IMG/VR virus record: IMGVR_UViG_3300045943_000001
Coordinates: 1-64,000 of that record
Strand: one strand, 5' to 3'
Length of the DNA: 64,000 nucleotides
Source of the DNA: a virus
The notes under the pieces were generated by a model. It did no database searches, was not told where the DNA came from, and worked only from the letters and a program-made list of their open reading frames with translations. The translations under genes and the position numbers were made by a program. Positions 9,164 through 17,608 of this stretch are shown in pieces (positions within the stretch are counted from its first letter, which is position 1; the number at the start of each line of letters is the position of its first letter).

Positions 9164-10114
9164 ATGAAACAGTTTAACATCTATGCAGTTGGCGGTACCG
9201 CAATCAAAATTACTAACCGTTACTTGAAAGACAACAAGAACGGTAAGCATATTGAAAACATTGTGGGCTTTGATAGCTCTGATGCCGATGCCGCAGCTGA
9301 TGGACTGTATCCATTAGAGCGCCTGGAAGGTGCAAGTGGCTCTGGTGGCTTTCGTCACACCCACAAAGAAAAATGGGGTGATTTCTCCAAAGCCATGTTG
9401 GCCAAATACGCACCCAACAAAACCAACATCGTGATCTTCTCAACCGGTGGCGGTACCGGTGCATCTCTGGGTCCATGGATTGTCCGTCGTATGCTGGAAC
9501 GTAAAATCCCAGTACTGGCTATCGTTGTAGGTGATAGCTCGAGCTTCAACGAACAGTCTAACACCATCGAAACCCTGGGTTCACTGTATAACCAAACTAG
9601 CCTGGGTCATCCGGTAATCTTCTCTTACCTGGAAAACAAATCTGACACCACGCACGGTGAAATCAATGCCATGGCTTGTGCCCGTATTGATAACGCCATC
9701 ATGATGTTCAGTCTGGAAAACGACAGTATCGATGAACAAGACATCAAAAACTTCTTCTACTATACCGACATCGTTTCCGCTGATCCAATCATGTCACAGT
9801 TGACCTTCCTGACTGATCAGGACGTGGGTGAGTACAAGTCTAAACCAGTGGCGGCAATCAGCTTGTTCGCTGATCCAGACAAAGTACGTTCCCCATTCCA
9901 GGACATGCTGTATCGTAAAGCAGGCGTGTTCGGTCCATCATTCCATGGGATCAATACCGGTATCCACGCAGTACTGGATCACGGCGATACCCTGGAAGGT
10001 CTGAAACGCATGATCAACGACAAGCAAGTCAAAACTGATGAACTGGCTGGTCGTTTCTCAAATCGCGGTGCTAACCCATTCGGGAACGCCAGCGGCGATG
10101 ATGGTATGATGTAA
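9164..10114 (+). CDS. phuZ: tubulin/FtsZ-family GTPase, PhuZ-like
   Basis: IYAVGGTAIK near the N terminus. STGGGTGAS at nt 9446-9466 matches the tubulin signature loop. 316 aa with an acidic C-terminal tail, host-optimal codons, aaagga RBS, and a terminator at 10123-10146. Confidence 0.85.
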   Translation: MKQFNIYAVGGTAIKITNRYLKDNKNGKHIENIVGFDSSDADAAADGLYPLERLEGASGSGGFRHTHKEKWGDFSKAMLAKYAPNKTNIVIFSTGGGTGASLGPWIVRRMLERKIPVLAIVVGDSSSFNEQSNTIETLGSLYNQTSLGHPVIFSYLENKSDTTHGEINAMACARIDNAIMMFSLENDSIDEQDIKNFFYYTDIVSADPIMSQLTFLTDQDVGEYKSKPVAAISLFADPDKVRSPFQDMLYRKAGVFGPSFHGINTGIHAVLDHGDTLEGLKRMINDKQVKTDELAGRFSNRGANPFGNASGDDGMM

Positions 10115-10122
10115 TAAAGGAG

Positions 10123-10146
10123 GCCCTGGGAATTCCCAGGGCTTTT
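10123..10146 (+). terminator. intrinsic terminator after phuZ
   Basis: Stem gccctggg / cccagggc, loop aatt, then TTTT. Confidence 0.75.
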
Positions 10147-10152
10147 GCCCCC

Positions 10153-10428
10153 ATGAAAATTTTGTTTAATCTTGTAGATTTACGAATGGCATTGAATGTG
10201 GTTTCCGAGAACGATATTGGATTAGCGCATTCTATTCTGGCAAAGATTTGTCAGGAACATGGCTTTCCAGTTCAAGGTTTCTATGATTCAAACATCTCTT
10301 TCGATCATGCTTATCTGTACGAAACTATCAAGAATTATGTCGACCCATTATTGGTCGGCGTATACGTTACTGACTGTGCTGTTCTTGCCAGTATAGGTAG
10401 CCTTAAATTCCAACTCCACATCCATTAG
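10153..10428 (+). CDS. hypothetical protein (91 aa)
   Basis: ORF starts right after the phuZ terminator. No clear RBS. Confidence 0.5.
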   Translation: MKILFNLVDLRMALNVVSENDIGLAHSILAKICQEHGFPVQGFYDSNISFDHAYLYETIKNYVDPLLVGVYVTDCAVLASIGSLKFQLHIH

Positions 10429-10435
10429 AGATACC

Positions 10436-10915
10436 ATGTACAACATAGAAAGTCGACTCCTTAAAACAGAGATAGGGATCTTACTTTTATCCTCGGTCAC
10501 GGAAGATACTCCCGTTGAAGAAAAGATCGCGTACTACTATCCCCTCGTTCTCGACATGTTGGTCAACATTCTGAACAATAAAAAGTGTACAGAAGAGGCC
10601 ATCCTGGAAGAGATCAAAAAGTATTATGACGACCCTGGTCTTCAGTTGTTTTATGAATTGTTGTATGCCGAAGTCAGGACAATCAAAAAGCAGTTTATCC
10701 TGGCCGGCTTTGACAGTCGTTTGAAGTATAAATTACTTGAGCGCGCTATTCCACGTTCAACAATTAAACTTCATTCTATTTGCATGGACCTGGAATCCAC
10801 CGTAGATTCCATGATTGCCGACCCCGTTAACTTATCGGATATTGCTGATGTCAACGACGCCGTTATCGACAACCCAAGTATCGCCCAGCTCGAAGCATAC
10901 TTCGATCAACGGTAG
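10436..10915 (+). CDS. hypothetical acidic protein (159 aa), possibly the 5' part of a frameshifted or fused gene
   Basis: The C-terminal residues look protein-like up to the CGG-TAG stop. The +1 frame continues as the next ORF (see findings). Confidence 0.65.
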   Translation: MYNIESRLLKTEIGILLLSSVTEDTPVEEKIAYYYPLVLDMLVNILNNKKCTEEAILEEIKKYYDDPGLQLFYELLYAEVRTIKKQFILAGFDSRLKYKLLERAIPRSTIKLHSICMDLESTVDSMIADPVNLSDIADVNDAVIDNPSIAQLEAYFDQR

Positions 10916-11477
10916 AATCGAGTTCTTTTCTTTTGACCGTATTATTGACGAGTATCTCGAGACAAAGCAACATCTATCACATCGCCTGATTAATCTTTCT
11001 GACGGACCCAATCTGATCTGGGGAATGCGGGAATGGTTACTTCGTCAGGTGCCGTGCTTTGAAATTGTGGGTGGTTACATTCGTTATCCAGAAATGACAT
11101 TCTGGTATGACAAAGAAGCATTAGTAGAAGAGTTTGATGATCTTTTATTATTGTTTAAGGACTACCTGGTATTACAAAAAGGAATCGACCTTAACAGTAA
11201 GTACAAACTTACGCGTTATATCGATAACATGAACTTCATCTTGTATGAGGTCAAGCCCGGCGTATCCGAAGAACCCACTGGACTTGGATACACCTTTAGT
11301 GAACAATTTTTCAGTGGACTCTGGCCAGAGTTGGAAAAAGAATTTACCAAGTTTGAAAAAACCTTACAAGAAAAGTACGGGCATCAAATCGATGTCGAAG
11401 AACTTTTCAATAAACTATGCTGGGACGGTAACGGATTGGCATGGGAAGCAATAAAGGTCGTTAAAATTGAGGAGTGA
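10848..11477 (+). CDS. hypothetical protein, start uncertain
   Basis: No NTG start lies between the upstream stop (10915) and M at 11025, yet 10916-11024 reads as coding. The only ATG is at 10848, inside the previous gene, with no RBS. Confidence 0.55.
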   Translation: MSTTPLSTTQVSPSSKHTSINGRIEFFSFDRIIDEYLETKQHLSHRLINLSDGPNLIWGMREWLLRQVPCFEIVGGYIRYPEMTFWYDKEALVEEFDDLLLLFKDYLVLQKGIDLNSKYKLTRYIDNMNFILYEVKPGVSEEPTGLGYTFSEQFFSGLWPELEKEFTKFEKTLQEKYGHQIDVEELFNKLCWDGNGLAWEAIKVVKIEE

Positions 11478-11479
11478 GG

Positions 11480-11782
11480 ATGAAGTTGCACAGTTGCAAC
11501 ATTTTTCCTATTCTCCGTGTAGCTACACGCTATCAGCTGGATTCTGAGAAACTGTTTAGTATCATTTTGGATTTCCTCTCGCATCGTCGGGAGGAAATCC
11601 TTAATACTCAGCTGTCCAGATGGTTCAGTCCATTCGACGGTGATATTAAAAGAGAACTCAAACCTATTTTATATGTGCTGATAAGTGAATTGAACTATAC
11701 GGATAATGTGGAAAGTTTCTATATTAAGAATAACCGTTTTTATATAAAGGACCAAGATGATGGACATGATGAACGAGGATGA
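11480..11782 (+). CDS. hypothetical protein (100 aa)
   Basis: ATG preceded by gaggagtgagg. Confidence 0.65.
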   Translation: MKLHSCNIFPILRVATRYQLDSEKLFSIILDFLSHRREEILNTQLSRWFSPFDGDIKRELKPILYVLISELNYTDNVESFYIKNNRFYIKDQDDGHDERG

Positions 11783-12101
11783 TCCCTTTTACATGCCGCC
11801 TGATTTAATACCAGATGCTCGATTCAGTTGGTCATTAGGATATCCCGGTGTTCCATTTACCGCCGTGCTTAATAGTGTAATATTATTACTCGACACTTAT
11901 AATGTCCAACACGACGCGATTTTGGATCCGGCTGCTGATATGGCAATTACCACTGGCAATGAAGCCATTGACGAGCGATATATGAATGATTGGATCCGGC
12001 TGAAGATGTTCCTGGATGGACTGAACCGTGAATACGGATACATCCGTTGTATTATCCAGGGAACTGGCATCGGCTTACACATGACATTTGAGTGCAGGTA
12101 A
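11757..12101 (+). CDS. hypothetical protein (114 aa)
   Basis: ATG preceded by aagga. 26-nt overlap with the upstream ORF. Confidence 0.65.
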   Translation: MMDMMNEDDPFYMPPDLIPDARFSWSLGYPGVPFTAVLNSVILLLDTYNVQHDAILDPAADMAITTGNEAIDERYMNDWIRLKMFLDGLNREYGYIRCIIQGTGIGLHMTFECR

Positions 12102-12104
12102 CAC

Positions 12105-12728
12105 ATGTACATAAAAGCAAACAACTTTGATTACGACGGTCTGTTAAGAGGAATCGTAACACACCTTGATTTCCAGGACACACCGCTTGGAGATGACGAT
12201 GTTGCAAGAGTATTTAAGAACTTCGCAACAGCGTATAAGGGAGTGAGAGCAGCCCAAGGATTGGAAGAATGGCAAGAAGCCATCGTAATTGAATTCTTGT
12301 CGGGTATTCAATTGACTGCCCATGATTTTGGTAATACATTGTCTGAAGTTCTTGACAACCTTGTTGATATCTTAACGGGTGAGGACGACGGCAAACTTTG
12401 GTGTTATGTGGAGCCATTTATGGACCGCATTGAACTCGATTATATCGCAGACGTCACTCTTACACTCAGCGGTGAGTTCGTTCTTAAAGACGACATCACT
12501 ATGATGCCGGATGTGTTTGCTAACTTCTTAAAAGAATGGACAGAGAAACACCTGTCCAACCAGCTCGAAGGTGTTAACGGGTTCTTGTTTGATAATATCA
12601 ATATGAACATCTTACCTCGTGAATATATGAAAGATATCAACATTCTGGATATTCCGGGAGCAAAAGTAAAGTATGGGGATACTTTGATAACGTTCCCACT
12701 TATTTTGCTCGAGGTCCATAACCGATGA
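12105..12728 (+). CDS. hypothetical protein (207 aa)
   Basis: ATG 3 nt after the upstream stop. Acidic protein. Confidence 0.75.
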   Translation: MYIKANNFDYDGLLRGIVTHLDFQDTPLGDDDVARVFKNFATAYKGVRAAQGLEEWQEAIVIEFLSGIQLTAHDFGNTLSEVLDNLVDILTGEDDGKLWCYVEPFMDRIELDYIADVTLTLSGEFVLKDDITMMPDVFANFLKEWTEKHLSNQLEGVNGFLFDNINMNILPREYMKDINILDIPGAKVKYGDTLITFPLILLEVHNR

Positions 12729-13147
12729 CCGATATCAAACTTATCAAGAAAGATGACATCATCAATTTTGATATGATCACACCGGGTATCTATGGGGATC
12801 AATATAAAGCAGCACTGGTGTCCAGTATTGCGCCATACAGTCTCGCTCGATTGATTGATCCCTCCATTGACGCTAAACACGCTAACTTTTATCCGTTCTT
12901 TAAAGATAAAGTGGATAACGTTGATAAGCCCGATATCTATAACTATTTCGTTCTTCAGCTGGATAAGACCAAATCTGACTTTATCGTGATTGGATTTCCC
13001 TGGATTAATACAGATTCACTGACTACGATCAGCAGTCGTGCAGCAACACTGATTATCCAGAACTTCCAAGAGTGGCAACGCGCACCTTTGATCGATTTCA
13101 TGAACAGCTTGAATGTGGGTTATACGTTTAAGATCGATGATCAATAA
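12725..13147 (+). CDS. hypothetical protein (140 aa)
   Basis: ATGA overlap with the upstream gene. Confidence 0.75.
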   Translation: MTDIKLIKKDDIINFDMITPGIYGDQYKAALVSSIAPYSLARLIDPSIDAKHANFYPFFKDKVDNVDKPDIYNYFVLQLDKTKSDFIVIGFPWINTDSLTTISSRAATLIIQNFQEWQRAPLIDFMNSLNVGYTFKIDDQ

Positions 13148-13149
13148 AA

Positions 13150-13157
13150 ATATTATC
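13150..13157 (+). promoter_or_regulatory. candidate promoter half-box
   Basis: ATATTATC immediately after the stop of 12725-13147. Confidence 0.3.
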
Positions 13158-13160
13158 CTA

Positions 13161-13192
13161 TTACTGGGCCTACCATTTGGTAGGTCTGGTAA
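13161..13192 (+). terminator. hairpin (terminator-like)
   Basis: 14-bp stem ttactgggcctacc / ggtaggtctggtaa (3 G-U pairs), loop attt. No clean U tract. Sits between two promoter-like boxes. Confidence 0.45.
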
Positions 13193-13195
13193 TAT

Positions 13196-13209
13196 GTATT
13201 ACCTATAAT
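13196..13209 (+). promoter_or_regulatory. candidate promoter box
   Basis: gTATTACCTATAAT, 27 nt before the polymerase C-half ATG. ACCTATAAT recurs at 17488 and 27273. Confidence 0.35.
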
Positions 13210-13235
13210 TTTTTTCTCTTAATGAGGGAATCGAG

Positions 13236-15314
13236 ATGTCTGGAGTAGGTCCATTTCTCTCAGAGGAATACAGCAGCGACCGCAATATCTTGAAACATGC
13301 CATTAATCAACATGCATCGTTTCTAGCGAAGACTCGCGGTGAAGATGAATCTGAGATCCGAGCCAATCTAATCAAATTTTTTAAAGAGAAGAAAGACCAG
13401 TTCAGATCTCGCCGTGCTAAGGTGATTATTAAGAACAAAATCGGTGATCGTGAGTTACACGTTATCCCTTTCTCCTCTGTGCTGAAACACGTACAAGAAA
13501 AGAATTACCACTTCTCTCCTTCTATGGTTGCTTATACCAACTCAGAGGAAGAAGAATGTATTAACTCCGTTGGTACTCGTCTGTTCATTGACAACCGTAA
13601 CTATTATAAAGGGCTGCGTAAGAAAGCGCACAAAGCCGGTGATAATGAACTCTACGATAAGTACCATGAATTACAGAACGCCTTTAAGATCTTTAACAAC
13701 GCTCAGTCAGGTGCTATGTCATCCGAAGGGACACCGATCAATAACAAGACCGGCCATACCTCGCTAACATCTACCTGTCGTTGCCTGACATCGACAGCGA
13801 ACTTGATTAACGAACAGTTCATTGCAGGTAACCGTTTCTACAATACCCCCGAGAATACGTTACAGTCGATTATGGCACGTATCCAGGTCACAGACTTGAA
13901 GAAGTTGGAAAACGTAATGGAGAAATACAAACTCCATTATCCAACTGTCGAAGAAGTCATGGAACGAGTACGGTACTGTTCAAGTCGTTATTGGGATTCT
14001 GCCAAGTATATGGCGATCATTGAGAACTTCTTAAAAGAAGTATCAAGCTTGCACTTAGCATCCATCCTTTATACCCTTGATCTGGTATCGCTGTTTAATC
14101 ACAACAAAGAAACAATCTCTACTTTCTTTGACGAGTTTGCGGCATCAAGCCCACCTGAACCTGGTAAAGAAGCCAAAGATTACTTAGCACCGGATAATGA
14201 TGATAAGTATGTCCTAGCTGTATCCAAATTACCACGCAGTGCTTCTCACTTGGATATTGTTGCGCTTAATCAACATCATGATTATGTCGAGAAGAAATAT
14301 GCCGACTTAATGAATGTGTTCTTTAAGTCTCTGATTCCACCGTCTGGTTTGTTTGACGTTACTTCTTCTATTCGCGATTGTGTATTGACTTCAGATACCG
14401 ACTCCTCTATCTACACCGTGGATGAGATGATCGAAGCCTATACCAGTGATCGCGATAAAGGCATTAAACTGAATGCGGTATTAACTTACTTCATTCGCAT
14501 GATCTCTGTTGATCAACATCAACAGTTGTCGGCTAACCTGAACGTTAGTAAACGTAACCTTCGTATGCTTGGTATGAAGAACGAATACTACTTCGGAGCC
14601 TATGTTACAACGCTGATGTCTAAACACTATTATGCCAGTCAGCAAATGGTTGAAGGTGTTATGAACGAACATCCTGAAATGGAAATTAAAGGTGTCCATC
14701 TTAAATCTTCGAAGATTGCCAAGAACATTAAAGACTTTGCACAAAAGTTGATGGTGGATACCTTGGAAGCAATTGAACATAAGAAGAAGTTAGACGCACC
14801 AGAAATCCTGAAAGGTATTGCCGACCTGGAACGCACCATTGTTAACGACATTAACACCGGCGATTGGAAATGGTTATCGCGCCAAGGTGTGAAAGGGAAG
14901 TCATCATACAGCAATCCTAATGGTTCCGTATACTTCTATCATGAAATGTGGGAGAATGTGTTCGCTGATAAATACGGTCCTGCTCCTGAGCTTCCGTATG
15001 TGGGCGTGAAGATGTCTGTAGACTTAGGTTCAAAAACCAAGCTTAAGAATTGGATTGAAGGGATTCAAGACGAGGACATTAAAGCGAAGTTAGCAAAACA
15101 CTTTGAATCAACAGGTCGTAGCGATCTGGGTAATATTGTGATCCCAATGGAGCGCCTGCAATATATCCAAGGTATTCCAGAAGAGATCAAACAAGCGGTG
15201 GATTATCGTACTGTAATTAAACAGAACCTGAAATGTGTTTATGAGGTCTTGAACTCAACAGGTCTGTACTTTATGAACGATTCCATTACCCGCTTGGTTA
15301 GTGACGAGCATTAA
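13236..15314 (+). CDS. family-B DNA polymerase, C-terminal half (motifs B and C)
   Basis: KIFNNAQSGAM resembles motif B (Kx3NSxYG). VLTSDTDSSIY is motif C, with DTDS at 14394-14405. A Lys-rich KGVHLKSSK stretch lies downstream. gaggga RBS. No exonuclease motifs in this ORF. Confidence 0.8.
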   Translation: MSGVGPFLSEEYSSDRNILKHAINQHASFLAKTRGEDESEIRANLIKFFKEKKDQFRSRRAKVIIKNKIGDRELHVIPFSSVLKHVQEKNYHFSPSMVAYTNSEEEECINSVGTRLFIDNRNYYKGLRKKAHKAGDNELYDKYHELQNAFKIFNNAQSGAMSSEGTPINNKTGHTSLTSTCRCLTSTANLINEQFIAGNRFYNTPENTLQSIMARIQVTDLKKLENVMEKYKLHYPTVEEVMERVRYCSSRYWDSAKYMAIIENFLKEVSSLHLASILYTLDLVSLFNHNKETISTFFDEFAASSPPEPGKEAKDYLAPDNDDKYVLAVSKLPRSASHLDIVALNQHHDYVEKKYADLMNVFFKSLIPPSGLFDVTSSIRDCVLTSDTDSSIYTVDEMIEAYTSDRDKGIKLNAVLTYFIRMISVDQHQQLSANLNVSKRNLRMLGMKNEYYFGAYVTTLMSKHYYASQQMVEGVMNEHPEMEIKGVHLKSSKIAKNIKDFAQKLMVDTLEAIEHKKKLDAPEILKGIADLERTIVNDINTGDWKWLSRQGVKGKSSYSNPNGSVYFYHEMWENVFADKYGPAPELPYVGVKMSVDLGSKTKLKNWIEGIQDEDIKAKLAKHFESTGRSDLGNIVIPMERLQYIQGIPEEIKQAVDYRTVIKQNLKCVYEVLNSTGLYFMNDSITRLVSDEH

Positions 15315-15327
15315 TAGTATCGAGTGA

Positions 15328-15344
15328 GGGCGGGAGTACCGCCC
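15328..15344 (+). terminator. short GC hairpin
   Basis: Stem gggcgg / ccgccc, 5-nt loop. No U tract. Confidence 0.3.
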
Positions 15345-15388
15345 ATGACTCTTCCGTAGTGATAAACCCAATAAGCGAGGAGCTTATA

Positions 15389-16180
15389 ATGAAAGAGAAA
15401 GAAGGTTACGTGACCATCCCCACTGAGTGGAAATTTCCCTCTATATTAGCAAGTGTCAATATCGATCCAACCAGATATTCTCATCTGTTGATTTACCAGG
15501 ATTATTGTCAGATCGTTGTAGGGCATGTGACATCTCCGTCATTAGATAAATCAGATGCCGCAACAATATTGAAAGAGCTCAAAGGACTTGTCTCATCGTT
15601 CGGATCGACGAAATCTAGACTGTCCGCAGTTAAGTATACACCAACAACGATTAAAGTAGGGCAGTGCGTACTATTAGGTCAGCCAGGTCACGACGGCCTT
15701 ATCAGGGCATTGGAACTATATGTCACCGATGGACCTTATCCCAAGAATATTCCCCACACTAACAAAATTGGCGCCGGATCAGAAATTATAGTCAAGGAAA
15801 GGGTAGGTGAGGCTAGTCTCCACTCATGGTGGGATTTTAAACGTTATAGTTTTGGATCTTCATTAGCATTAACTATCTATGGACCTTATGAAATATTTTC
15901 ATTTGGATTCAGTGACAAAACGACCATCGATAAGTTATCTGAGGCTGTTAAATGCCTGATTAAAACAGACACCAAAGAAATAAAAATAGACACTAAGTCT
16001 GAAGGGACCGATGACGTTAACCTGCGTGTGTTTAAACAGTTGGTCTGTGGTGAACCCGCTGTTTGTATTTCTACTGATATGATTATGGGTAACCAGCGCT
16101 CCCTAATCTTTATTGGGAAGGAATCAGGAACTCGATTCTTAGAGTTCTTGAAAAAAGCCAAAAGGCTGATTGAAAAATAA
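15389..16180 (+). CDS. hypothetical protein (263 aa)
   Basis: ATG (MKEKEGY...) preceded by gaggag. The track's GTG at 15359 has no RBS. Confidence 0.7.
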   Translation: MKEKEGYVTIPTEWKFPSILASVNIDPTRYSHLLIYQDYCQIVVGHVTSPSLDKSDAATILKELKGLVSSFGSTKSRLSAVKYTPTTIKVGQCVLLGQPGHDGLIRALELYVTDGPYPKNIPHTNKIGAGSEIIVKERVGEASLHSWWDFKRYSFGSSLALTIYGPYEIFSFGFSDKTTIDKLSEAVKCLIKTDTKEIKIDTKSEGTDDVNLRVFKQLVCGEPAVCISTDMIMGNQRSLIFIGKESGTRFLEFLKKAKRLIEK

Positions 16181-16203
16181 ACAATTTTATGTAAAACAAT
16201 TGA

Positions 16204-16233
16204 GAACTCTACCTGGATATCCAGGTAGAGTTC
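16204..16233. terminator. bidirectional terminator between convergent genes
   Basis: Stem gaactctacctgga / tccaggtagagttc, a near-perfect 30-nt palindrome. Confidence 0.7.
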
Positions 16234-16242
16234 AACGTTGTG

Positions 16243-17340
16243 TTATGGTTTTATGTCTTTGACAAGCGTCCAAATATCGATAAAGTGTTTCTTCCACACT
16301 GACATAGGGATTTGATTAATTTGGCTTTGTAATTGCACTTTACTGAAGTACATCGCCAGCTGTGCTTTCATCTGTCCATCCACAGAGCCTAGCAGGTTGT
16401 TATAACGAATGTACTTCTCTACCATACCCAATGAGGCCAGTGACCACACCCAACTCATCTGAACGAAGTACAGACTCTTATAGGCGTCAGGGAAGACAAG
16501 CTTGTTCATATGGACGTTCATGTTGACACGTTTATTGATCTGAACAAATTCCGTGAATGATTGCATCGGGTTTGTCTGCATCCAACGATCTTTATAATCA
16601 GTATACTCGGTAAGCTGAGTATAGTAGTTCTCCAGACTAAAACTTCCCTTAGAGATATCGATCAAAGATGTATTGCCATTAAGGTAATTAAAATTCACCA
16701 ACTCGTTGTGGTAAATATAACAATTCATTAATGGAAAGTTAGCAATATACCCGTGTGGTGAATTACCCCAATCTCCTCCGCGTTGTAGCCAGCGGTAGAA
16801 TCCGATAATCAACGCATAGACGTCCACATTGACAATTGTAAAAATAGAACTGTCTGCTTTGTAGGATTGCGTGTTGATCAAATCCATGATATCCCACCGC
16901 TGAACTGTGTCTGTGGTATAAATGGGATATAAAGGAACAAGTTCATCTAAAGGAATACTGAAGTATGCATTTATTTGTGATGGACTGGGACTGCCAAATG
17001 GAACAACCAACAACGTGTTATGATTGGACTCTGGGTAGATGGCTTCGATGTGATTCTCTCCTTTACTGTATAAAGAAGTTAAATCAACAAGACTTGCAAT
17101 CTGCTGTGAGCGAGAATGAATCTCTTCAACCAGATACTCGTTGGTCCATTCTGGATTAACAGAGAAAGACTGTAAAAACTGTACCAGTGGATTCTGGTTA
17201 GGAACGGTGCGATTCCCTAGATTGATATAGTTAAAGAAACGATCATCATTTCTTGCCATTATTCTTTCTAGGTTCACCAGTCCAGGGTACGCTTTGATTG
17301 CGTAGTTCAACCCATTAGGTTGAAGCTTTAAATAAGACAT
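16243..17340 (-). CDS. hypothetical protein (365 aa)
   Basis: Lone minus-strand gene. gagg RBS 9 nt before the ATG. Shares the bidirectional hairpin at 16204-16233 with the upstream plus-strand gene. Confidence 0.8.
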   Translation of the reverse strand: MSYLKLQPNGLNYAIKAYPGLVNLERIMARNDDRFFNYINLGNRTVPNQNPLVQFLQSFSVNPEWTNEYLVEEIHSRSQQIASLVDLTSLYSKGENHIEAIYPESNHNTLLVVPFGSPSPSQINAYFSIPLDELVPLYPIYTTDTVQRWDIMDLINTQSYKADSSIFTIVNVDVYALIIGFYRWLQRGGDWGNSPHGYIANFPLMNCYIYHNELVNFNYLNGNTSLIDISKGSFSLENYYTQLTEYTDYKDRWMQTNPMQSFTEFVQINKRVNMNVHMNKLVFPDAYKSLYFVQMSWVWSLASLGMVEKYIRYNNLLGSVDGQMKAQLAMYFSKVQLQSQINQIPMSVWKKHFIDIWTLVKDIKP

Positions 17341-17363
17341 TCGATAAACCTCATGGATTGCTC

Positions 17364-17377
17364 CGTAATTAATTACG
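17364..17377. promoter_or_regulatory. perfect 14-nt palindrome (possible operator)
   Basis: CGTAATTAATTACG, 24 nt from the ATG of the divergent minus-strand gene. Confidence 0.3.
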
Positions 17378-17387
17378 TAACATTTCT

Positions 17388-17400
17388 ATATTATGTAAAC
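17388..17400 (+). promoter_or_regulatory. candidate promoter box
   Basis: ATATTATGTAAAC. Confidence 0.3.
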
Positions 17401-17483
17401 TAATTCTTAAGGCATGTCCTTAAGGATACACGGGAGTCGTAAGTTTATTTTTTAAGTATACATACGATTTACTGTGAAAAAAT

Positions 17484-17496
17484 GTGTACCTATAAT
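17484..17496 (+). promoter_or_regulatory. candidate promoter box
   Basis: GTGTACCTATAAT; compare gTGTATAACCTATAAT at 27266-27281. Confidence 0.35.
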
Positions 17497-17507
17497 TTTA
17501 CAAGTCT

Positions 17508-17524
17508 ATATTATTATAGTGCAT
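17508..17524 (+). promoter_or_regulatory. candidate promoter box
   Basis: ATATTATTatagTGCATAG. Confidence 0.3.
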
Positions 17525-17564
17525 AGAAGACAAGATGTCATTTCATCTTTCTCCCACCATGTAA

Positions 17565-17576
17565 ATTAACGTTAAT
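17565..17576. promoter_or_regulatory. perfect 12-nt palindrome (possible operator or UTR element)
   Basis: ATTAACGTTAAT, 33 nt before the chimallin ATG. Confidence 0.25.
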
Positions 17577-17608
17577 CTATATCACGTAGTTCAATAAAGG
17601 AATTCATT

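Noticed and set aside
12770-12800. GIYG in ORF 12725-13147 as a GIY-YIG nuclease motif
   Set aside because: No YIG element follows at the expected 10-11-residue spacing, and no downstream Arg/Glu/Asn motifs are visible.
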